Assembly (NCBI GenBank): GCA_030141605.1
Contig: JAQGDQ010002065.1
Coordinates: 1 to 16,131, forward strand
Direction: 5' to 3'
Source: Tubiluchus corallicola
Taxonomy: Eukaryota > Animalia > Priapulida
Length of the DNA stretch: 16,131 nt
Shown here: in pieces, positions 1 through 16,131 of the stretch
Layout: each line of letters begins with the position of its first letter
How positions within the stretch are numbered: the first letter of the stretch is position 1
The notes under the pieces: generated by a model
Database searches by the model: none
What the model was told of the DNA's origin: nothing
What the model saw: the letters and a program-made list of their open reading frames with translations, nothing else
Made by a program: the position numbers and the translations under genes

Positions 1-1709
1 CCTCCAAACACAAACATGAAAACATGAAACAGAAAACATCCAAACAGAAACATGAGAACATGAAACAGAAAACATCCAAACCCAAACATGAAGACATGAA
101 AAAGGAAATATCCAAACAGAAACATGAGAACATGAAAAGAGAAAGTGTCCAAACAGAAACATGAAAAGATGAAGCACAAAGCGTCCAAAAAGAAACATAA
201 AACATGAAACACAAAGCGGCCAAACCCAAACGAAGACATATGAAAAAGGAAATATCAAGCAAAACATGAAAACATGAAACAGAAATCGTCAAACTAAACA
301 GCTTGAAAATGAGCCTATAAAAACGTCCAAACAGAAACATGAGGACATGAAAGAGGAAGTGTCGAGAAACTTATAAAACATGACACAAGCGTCAAACCCA
401 AACATGAAGACATGAAAAAGGAAATATCCATACAGAAACATGAAGACATAAAACACAAAACATCCAAACCCAAACATGAAGACATGAAAAAGGAAATATC
501 CATACAGAAACATGAAAACATGAAACAGAAAGTGTCCAAACAGAAACATGAGAACATGAAACAGAAAACATCCAAACCCAAACATGAAGACATGAAAAAG
601 GAAATATCCAAACAGAAACATGAGAACATGAAACAGAAGCGACCAAACAGAAACATGAGAAGATGAAGCACAAAGCGTCCAAAAAGAAACATAAAACATG
701 AAACACAAAACGTCCAAACCCAAACATGAAGACATGAAAAAGGAAATATCCAAACAGAAACATGAGAACATGAAACAGAAAGTGTCCAAACAGAAACATG
801 AAAAGATGAAACACAAAACGTCCAAACCCAAACATGAAGACATGAAAAAGGAAATATCCAAACAGAAACATGAGAACATGAAACAGAAGCGACCAAACAG
901 AAACATGAGAAGATGAAGCACAAAGCGTCCAAAAAGAAACATAAAACATGAAACACAAAACGTCCAAACCCAAACATGAAGACATGAAAAAGGAAATATC
1001 CAAACAGAAACATGAGAACATGAAACAGAAAGTGTCCAAACAGAAACATGAAAAGATGAAACAGAAAACATCCAAACCCAAACATGAAGACATGAAAAAG
1101 GAAATATCCAAACAGAAACATGAAAACATGAAACAGAAATCGTCCAAACCCAAACATGAAAACATGAAACACAAAACGTCCAAACCCAAACATGAAGACA
1201 TGAAAAAGGAAATATCCAAAAAGAAACATAAAACATGAAACACAAAACGTCCAAACCCAAACATGAAGACATGAAAAAGGAAATATCCATACAGAAACAT
1301 GAAGACATAAAACACAAAACATCCAAACCCAAACATGAAGACATGAAAAAGGAAATATCCATACAGAAACATGAAAACATGAAACAGAAAGTGTCCAAAC
1401 AGAAACATGAGAACATGAAACAGAAAACATCCAAACCCAAACATGAAGACATGAAAAAGGAAATATCCAAACAGAAACATGAGAACATGAAACAGAAAGT
1501 GTCCAAACAGAAACATAAAACATGAAACACAAAACGTCCAAACACAAACATGAAGACATAGGAATTCAAACAAAACATGAAACATGAAACAGAAAACATC
1601 CAAGCAGAAACATGAAAACACTAAACACAAAGCGTCCAAACACAAACATGAAAAAGGAAATATCCAAACAGAAACATGAAAACATAAAACAGAAAGCGTC
1701 CAAAACACA
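1..1709. repeat. 36-bp tandem satellite/minisatellite, A-rich on + strand, running off the left edge
   Basis: Alternating variants TCCAAACCCAAACATGAAGACATGAAAAAGGAAATA and TCCAAACAGAAACATGAGAACATGAAACAGAAAGTG; occasional 35-bp units; degenerate at ~230-390 and ~1550-1709. Confidence 0.95.
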
Positions 1710-2202
1710 TTGTTAAAAATAACTTGTGACTAACAACATCATTATCCATTAACAAAATTTAGAATAACCAATTCAACATAGCAAAATAATTTCTTAAAAA
1801 TAAACTCAACAATTTCTTTTGTAAGAGTAAATCGTAAAACGTGAATTACATGGTAATTACAATATCAACGTATTCTGTGCTCGTTCTGTATAAAATGTAT
1901 AGGCTTACTAAGTATCTGATTTGTGTACATGTGTTGACTGTATATGTATTAAAGTGACAAAGGATCTATCTGTGCAATGACACATTAAGAAAAACATATT
2001 AAAGTTTACAACAGTCAACTTTACTATATTTGAAACACTTGTAGTTGACATATAAATTTTAGTACATGTCTGTTTACTATGCAGCACATATGTTTAGAGA
2101 GACATCATGCTTACAACTACTAAGCTAACAGTCAATCAATTAAAGAATGAGGCACAAAAAACTGCGAGTTCACCACAATTTGAACCCACAATCTGTGCTA
2201 AA

Positions 2203-2365
2203 AACACACATCCGCACCCGTTCACGCACGTGCATGCACACACACACGCGCGCGTGAACACACCTTGCACACGTGCACGCACACGCATGCACACACCACC
2301 TTCACTCTCCCCCAAACACACACTCACACCCTCACCCACCCACACCCACACCCACACAAACACAC
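2203..2365. repeat. Degenerate (CA)n-rich simple repeat
   Basis: cacacacacgcgcgcgtgaacacacc...cacacccacacccacacaaacacac. Confidence 0.85.
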
Positions 2366-2387
2366 AATTTCTTAATAGCGGAAACCT

Positions 2388-2393
2388 TTTAAT
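2388..2393 (-). promoter_or_regulatory. Candidate polyadenylation signal ATTAAA of the cyclase gene
   Basis: First ATTAAA/AATAAA hexamer I found 3' of the stop (~390 nt downstream). It is followed ~25 nt later by a long GT-rich tract (complement of the CA-rich 2203-2365). Confidence 0.4.
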
Positions 2394-2778
2394 AGAGCAA
2401 AAGCAAGAACCGAAATAGAGTGCTGCGTCCTTCACCTGCGAACGTCACGAAAACGTCACAATTTCAAATTGCTTGCTTATTGTTGGCTTCACGAGCCCGT
2501 TATGACGTCATGACTAGGCTAACTCGCTAATTAATTATTGTTGCGCAGCATCCTCTTAAACAACCTATTTTTACACTATATGTTTCTGAGAAGAAGACGT
2601 CATTGTCCATTTAAGTATGTACCACTGTGAATCCCCCCTCAAAACGATACTCAAGTCGATACTCAAAACGACTTTCAGAAAAATAATTATTTAGCGTAAA
2701 TTATTCATAAAAACACCATAATGCTCTTTCATGGATGGTAATTTTTTGAGCTGTGGTTCAGAACTGGGTGCTACATGT

Positions 2779-9968
<7,190 letters not shown>

Positions 9969-10099
9969 CTAGAAGAAAACAATGTATTGTGCATTGTTTG
10001 TCCTTGTTTGACAATCAGTGTGACATATTGGAAGAAACAATGGTAGTTGAGACAATAAGCCTTTTCACAGTTCCAGCGATTGATGATGACCGTGAAAAA

Positions 10100-10595
10100 G
10101 TCAAAGGTTAAGTGTACCAGACAACGCATTTGTGTACACTTGACAACGCCTCGCTGCTCATGATATTGTAATAGTAACAATAGCTTGTCTTGTCTACTGG
10201 TCTGCTTAATCATTACTTATTTGGCTTTTGTTAACTACTCAATTAGTGCATAATAGGCCCTGTCTATATAATCTGGTTGTACGTTTGTGATGATGATAGC
10301 AGTCGTCTGTGTAAACATTTGGCATGATTTTTAACTATGTAAAGTAAAAGTTTTAATAAAGTTGTGTTGTTTTAACTGTAAAGGCAACCGTTTTAAGAGC
10401 TAGCTAGAACCTTAGCTAGTTCTTTTTTTCTTGTTCCCATGCAAGATCTTGCTAGTGAATCACTCTAAGCTCAGACTAATGCGAAATAAAATAATGTCCA
10501 CGTAAAGCAACTGAAGTTATTGAACTGGTGCGACAGACGGCTTTGCGTGGTGGTTGTAACTAAGACGCATTGCTGAGGTACACTTAACCTTTGAC
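10100..10595. mobile_element. Putative MITE-like element bounded by a 19-bp perfect inverted repeat
   Basis: GTCAAAGGTTAAGTGTACC (10100-10118) and GGTACACTTAACCTTTGAC (10577-10595), with imperfect inward extension; no target-site duplication recognised. Confidence 0.5.
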
Positions 10596-11183
10596 CTGAA
10601 GCAAATACGCGTGCGCACAACGAAACTGCGAAAGGGCTTGTTTATTAATTACTCGTGTCCTTACTATCTTATCAGCTATCTTACCACAACTGATCAAACG
10701 ATTCTTATCCACTGACAATTTTGACCAAAAAACGATTCTAAGATAAGATTAACTTAAGAATTAATACATCATTTAATAGTTTTTAAGAAAACACTTCAGT
10801 TGTTCAAAGTTAGTCATATTCAAGTCATACAATTCATACAATCTTAGGAAATTAAAAGTTGCCAATAACATCTCTATTAGAAAATGTTTTAAATATCCTT
10901 ATGACACTAGTGCTAGAAACATTTCAACAAATTTCAATGTTAGATACTTCGATTTTATCAACAGAACATGTGTAGTTAGTCTTTGTAATAGAGTTGCTTT
11001 TACTGAGAATGACATTTGTCAAGTATTTAAGTGAATGTGATGCATTTTTTCTTCTTCCATTAGAAAGAAGTGGACAGAATTTCTTTATGGTTTTCGGTAA
11101 CGCCTTACTGATGTGATTTTTTTATAGTTTATTCATTCATTAACTTTGCGTGTCACGAAGTGATAATTCTAAATATTTATAAG

Positions 11184-11186
11184 TCT

Positions 11187-11268
<82 letters not shown>

Positions 11269-11300
11269 TTCTCTCTCCCCTCTCTCTCTCTCTTTCTCTC
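11184..11300. repeat. (CT)n dinucleotide microsatellite
   Basis: Direct reading. Confidence 0.97.
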
Positions 11301-11453
11301 GTGGCCAAGTTTTGCAAGCATCCTGTTGTGTGTGGAAAATGTAGCGCGAAACATAGAACTAATGATTGCACGGCAGAAGAGACTGTTTGCGCAAATTGTA
11401 AGGGGAAGCACGAGGCAAGGAGCAGAGAGTGTGAAATTTACCATCAGATACAG
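11301..11453 (+). mobile_element. Relic of non-LTR retrotransposon ORF1 (gag-like CCHC zinc knuckles)
   Basis: VAKFC-KHPVV-CGKCSAKHRTNDC-TAEETV-CANCKGKHEARSREC: tail of knuckle 1, then C-x2-C-x3-H-x4-C and C-x2-C-x3-H-x6-C, the spacing typical of I/Jockey/R1-group ORF1. No ORF2 seen. Confidence 0.8.
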
Positions 11454-12090
11454 AATACTTCCAAGAGGACAGAAGTCATCCTGGAGGACTTCTTAGATGA
11501 TAGAGGACTTCCTAGAAGACAAATGTCTTCCTAGAGGATTTCCAAGAGGACAGAAGATTTCCTAGATAATTTCCTAGAGGACTTCCCAGAGGATTGAAGA
11601 CTTCCAGTAAGACAGAGGTCTTCTTTGAGGACAGATGACTTCCTAGAAGACTTCCTAAATGACTGAGGATTCCTAGAAGATAAAGGTCCTCCTGGTGGAT
11701 TTCTAGAAGACAGAAGTCTGCCAGGAAGACAGAGGACTTTCAAAAGGACAGAGGACTTCCTATATGACAGTGGAATTCCTAGATGACAGATGATTTCCTA
11801 GAAGACTTCTTAAAGAATAGAAGACTCGCAATAGGACAGAGGTCTTTCAGAAGGACAGAGGACTTCCTTGTAGACAAAGGTCTTCCTGGAAGACTACAAA
11901 GATGACAGAAGACTTTCAATAGGGCAGATGACTTCCAGGAGGACAGAGGACTTCATAGAGGCGGATCTACTAGAGGACTTCCAATAGGACAGAAATCCCT
12001 AGATGACAGATGACTTTCTAGAAAACAAACTTCTTTCCAGAGGACTACGTTGAGGTTAAAAGACTTCAAAGTGGACAGATTACTTCTAAG
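11454..12090. repeat. Degenerate variable-unit minisatellite (core GACAGAGGACTTCCTAGA)
   Basis: Recurrent gacaga/ggacttcc/tagaagac/gtcttcc motifs. Confidence 0.8.
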
Positions 12091-12228
12091 AATAGTAGTA
12101 AATCATCGCTGTTGTCTACTGAGTATGACCCAGATATTTTTCCTGGGTTTTGTGGGTTTACTAATAATAATCAGTTATAAAAGTAAATTGTGCCATATTC
12201 GCAGCTGAAAAACAATATCGTTTTGTGT

Positions 12229-12300
12229 GCTGACTGACTGAATGGCTGACTTACTGATTGAGTGACTCACTCACTCACCTACTCACTCAATCATTCACAC
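12229..12300. repeat. Short (TGAC)n / (TCAC)n simple repeat
   Basis: tgactgactgaatggctgac...tgagtgactcactcactcacctactcactcaatca. Confidence 0.65.
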
Positions 12301-13021
12301 ACTGCAAAATACCTACAATATGCAATATACAGCAAACCGTTAAGCAAGTGATTTAATGTTTAGCTTCTTGAAATTTTTAGGTAATGAAGTTAATTGCAGT
12401 TAACCGGCGGGTGAAAGCAAACATTAGGCTAGCATAATTAATGTATGATCAATGTTCCTGCTTACAAACAAAAGGATAGAAGCAAAAATATTGAGTCATT
12501 TTATTCACTTACCGACAATTTTTATGTACATTTAAATGGAGACGACCAGTACCAGGCGTTTTTGAGTAAATTAAACGATTGAGTCTATTAACCGCTAGTC
12601 TGTTTAGCCGCGCCTATGGTATTAGATTATAGCAAAATTGTGACATCTTTTCCTTTAAACGCACTGCGAACGTGAACCGGTAGTTGCGCTAGTTTGACTG
12701 GACTATTGCCCAGACATATACTATACTGTTATAAATATCAATTCTGTACTTTGTACTTTGTAAGTGTTAATTGAGCTGGCTAAACTGATTTATTCATTGA
12801 AATCATTATATAACCTGTGCGCAGTTTATTGAAAACAAAATCGCTTTATAAAATGTTTTGAAAAGCTACTCAAGGTTGGTCTTTACCTCCCTCCTCATAC
12901 CTGATAAGCGTTACCTGGGAAAATTCCTCCTTTAGAAAACTGGATTATAATTATCAGCTGTTTCAATCTGTAATGAGTCTTTATAGCGAAATTTCAAATG
13001 ATTGCTGCTCTTTGTGCTCTT

Positions 13022-13290
13022 AAGTAGTTTCCACCTGAGGGTCTTATCAAATTGATCTTTCAATTTATCTGACATTCTTTGCTTAATAGCCTGTCTCAAG
13101 TAGTTTCCACCTGAGGGTCTCATCAAATTGATCATTCAATTTATCTGACATTCATGGCTCAAGTAGTTTACTTAAGAGGATTTGGTAAAACTGCTATTAA
13201 ATTTGGCTGCCCAGCTTTGCACATAAGATGACTCATGCAGTTTACTTCAGCGGATTTGTCAAAATGTTGATTAAAATAACAATAATCTGT
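13022..13290. repeat. ~75-bp tandem repeat, about 4 diverging units
   Basis: AAGTAGTTTCCACCTGAGGGTC at 13022 and 13098; related AGTTTACTT(A/C)AG(A/C)GGATTTG units at ~13165 and ~13239. Confidence 0.7.
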
Positions 13291-13484
13291 CTACATTGTG
13301 TGTAACATGTCTCAAACGATCTGTTCAAAAAATGGCAAAATAAGATTCAAATAAAAGACTGATTTGTGAGCTGGGCTTAGAGCAGCGCATAGAACTTGAT
13401 AACATAAAATTGTTTGAAAGGCATAAAAACCTCTTCAATTATTTTCCTGCATAAAATTTAATTTGATCGCCCTGGAATATATTG

Positions 13485-13995
13485 CTCTCCAAGGTTGTTC
13501 TTTTCCCAGTCAGTCTGATCTTCCTGGGAAAATTCCTGGAGGGTATTTACTGAATTGGATTATAATTATCAGCAAGACAGATCAGAGTTGCTCTTTGAAT
13601 GTTAAGAAAAGCTCTCCAAGGCTGTTATTTTCCCAGTCACTCTGATCTTCCTGGGAACATTCCTGGAGTGCATTTACTGAATTGGATTATAATTATCAGC
13701 AAGACAGATCAGAGTTGCTCTTTGAATGTTAAGAAAAGCTCTCCAAGGCTGTTATTTTCCCAGTCACTCTGATCTTCCTGGGAACATTCCTGGAGCGCAT
13801 TCACTGATTTGGATTATAATTATCTGCAGTTCAAATCAGAGTTACTCTTTGGATGTTATGAAAAGCCTGTCAAGTTGATTATTCCTAGGGAGTTGCACGT
13901 TGTTGAAATAATTCTGGGAGAATTCCTTAGACCTGGATTATAGTTATCAGCTATTTCCATCAGTATTGTGTTTTTAATAGAAATTTTAAAAGCTT
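13485..13995. repeat. 127-bp tandem repeat, 3 good copies plus a diverged 4th
   Basis: Units start CTCTCCAAGG at 13485, 13612 and 13739; diverged unit from 13866; related copy at ~12850-13000. Confidence 0.9.
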
Positions 13996-14053
13996 TAGCT
14001 GTTATTTGCGAGTATTAAGAAGAAATGTCTCAGTTGGTTTGTTTAAGAAGATT

Positions 14054-14419
14054 AATCAGTCGACTTTTATGGCAGTTAGGAAACTAATTTTTTTTCACAA
14101 AAATGCCCTGTCTTTGTACTACTTTATGTCTCAAAGCTGATGCAAATCAGTAATCGAGTTATGCAATGCTTCGCATTCTGGACTGTATCAGTAACAATCA
14201 GTCGACTTTTACAGCAGCTACAAAACTAAAATTTGGGCCAAAAATGCCCTGTCATTGTAGTACTTCATATCTCAAAGCTGACGCAAATCCGTGCACAAAT
14301 AATTCAATGCTTCGCATTCCGGACTAGAGTTGTTACAATCAGTCAATAATTTGGCGCAAAAATGACCTGTCATAATTCCGGACTATATCTATAACGACCA
14401 GTCGAATTTTACAGTAGCT
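14054..14419. repeat. ~142-bp tandem repeat (2 full units, 1 internally deleted, 1 truncated)
   Basis: AATCAGTCGACTTTTA at 14054 and 14196; deleted unit at 14337; truncated start at 14397. Confidence 0.85.
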
Positions 14420-16131
14420 CATCCCAGAAGCACTGCAATCGTAGATAAGTTTACACACATGCCAGAAGCACTGCAATCGTAGATAAGTTTATACACATCC
14501 CAGAAGCACTGCAATCCTAGATAGGTTTACACACATGCCAGAAGCACTGCAATCGTGGATAGGTTTACACACATCCCAGAAGCACCGCAATCGTAGATCG
14601 GTTTACACACATCCCAGAAGCACCACAATCGTAGACAAATTTACACACATGCCAGAAGCACTGCAATCGTAGATCGGTTTACACACATGCCAGAAGCACT
14701 GCAATCGTAGATAGGTTTACACACATCCCAGAAGCACCGCAATCGTAGATCGGTTTACACACATCCCAGAAGCACTGCAATCGTAGATCGGTTTACACAC
14801 ATCCCAGAAGCACCACAATCGTAGACAGGTTTACACACATGCCAGAAGCACTGCAATCGTAGATAGATTTACACACATTCCAGAAGCACTGCAATCATAG
14901 ATAGGTTTACACACATCCCAGAAGCACTGCAATCATAGATAGGTTTACACACATCCCAGAAGCACTGCAATCATAGATAGGTTTACACACATGCCAGAAG
15001 CACTGCAATCGTAGACAAATTTACACACATGCCAGAAGCACTGCAATCGTAGATAGGTTTACACACATCCCAGAAGCACTGCAATCGTAGATAAGTTTAC
15101 ACACATGCCAGAAGCACTGCAATCGTAGATAAGTTTATACACATGCCAGAAGCACTGCAATCCTAGATAGATTTATACACATGCCAGAAGCACTGCAATC
15201 GTAGATAGGTTTACACACATCCCAGAAGCACCGCAATCGTAGATCGGTTTACACACATCCCAGAAGCACCGCAATCGTAGATCGATTTACACACATTCCA
15301 GAAGTACTGCAATCGTAGATAAGTTTACCCACATGCCAGAAGCACTGCAATCGTAGATAAGTTTATACACATCCCAGAAGCACTGCAATCCTAGATAGGT
15401 TTACACACATGCCAGAAGCACTGCAATCGTAGATAGGTTTACACACATCCCAGAAGCACCGCAATCGTAGATCGGTTTACACACATCCCAGAAGCACCGC
15501 AATCGTAGATCGGTTTACACACATGCCAGAAGCACCACAATCGTAGACAGGTTTACACACATGCCAGAAGCACTGCAATCGTAGATAGATTTACACACAT
15601 TCCAGAAGCACTGCAATCATAGATAGGTTTACACACATCCCAGAAGCACTGCAATCATAAATAGGTTTACACACATCCCAAAAGCACTGCAATCGTAGAC
15701 AAATTTACACACATGCCAGAAGCACTGCAATCGTAGATAAGTTTACACACATGCCCAAAGCACTGCAATCGTAGATAAGTTTATACACATGCCAGAAGCA
15801 CTGCAATCGTAGATAGGTTTACACACATGCCAGAAACACCACAATCGTAGACAGGTTTACACACATGCCAGAAGCACTGCAATCGTAGATAGGTTTACAC
15901 ACATTCCAGAAGCACTGCAATCATAGATAGGTTTACACACATCCCAGAAGCACTGCAATCATAAATAGGTTTACACACATCCCAGAAGCACTGCAATCAT
16001 AGATAGGTTTACACACATGCCAGAAGCACTGCAATCGTAGACAAATTTACACACATGCCAGAAGCACTGCAATCGTAGATAAGTTTACACAGATCCCAGA
16101 AGCACTGCAATCGTAGATAAATTTACACACA
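14420..16131. repeat. 38-bp tandem satellite, 45 units in window, running off the right edge
   Basis: Consensus AT(G/C)CCAGAAGCACTGCAATCGTAGATAGGTTTACACAC; register holds from 14421 to 16093 (44 x 38) with no net indel. Confidence 0.97.

Noticed and set aside
289-1708. Three >400-aa minus-strand ORFs and several K/H/E-rich plus-strand ORFs
   Set aside because: They are translations of the 36-bp satellite. All frames are open for compositional reasons, and 35-bp units swap the peptide patterns between frames.
9969-10213. N-terminal part of the 145-aa ORF as the protein start
   Set aside because: No cyclase similarity upstream of the acceptor at 9969-9970, and it overlaps a putative MITE arm.
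11169-11743. RE-repeat and S/R/K-rich minus-strand ORFs
   Set aside because: They are translations of (GA)n and the degenerate minisatellite.
12256-12293. Hairpin TGATTGAGTGA...TCACTCAATCA
   Set aside because: It arises trivially from opposed simple repeats; no tRNA or ncRNA features.
12513-12614. Possible upstream exon ending at a strong donor CG|GTAAGT (minus strand, 12513/12512)
   Set aside because: The phase-compatible translation (ARLNRLAVNRLNRLIYSKTPGTGRLHLNVHKNCR) has no resemblance to the kinase-homology domain end expected before exon A.
14420-16131. CRISPR-like periodicity
   Set aside because: Units are head-to-tail with no unique spacers, there are no cas genes, and the context is eukaryotic.

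Overview
This is eukaryotic (animal-type, AT-rich, repeat-dense) genomic DNA, not prokaryotic. The minus strand carries the 3' end of a spliced guanylyl cyclase gene resembling natriuretic-peptide receptors (NPR-A/B-like). Six GT-AG exons (9819-9968, 8067-8190, 7313-7556, 5956-6054, 4478-4569, 2779-2997) join in frame into ~308 aa: helical dimerisation linker, complete class III cyclase domain, and a tail with 4 copies of a Cys-containing 8-aa repeat. No upstream (kinase-homology) exon was recognisable in the window. The rest is repeats: a 36-bp satellite (1-1709), a 38-bp satellite (14420-end, 45 units), microsatellites, 75/127/142-bp tandem arrays, two pogo/Tigger-like MITEs, a two-copy dispersed element, and a zinc-knuckle relic of a non-LTR retrotransposon ORF1. 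The most interesting structure is intronic. Two separate inverted-repeat pairs bracket catalytic exons, and one pair is centred almost exactly on a frame-neutral 99-nt exon. A duplicated acceptor-like motif and dense YCAY tracts lie near splice sites. I see no firm evidence of a wholly new system; the splicing and circRNA ideas are testable hypotheses only.
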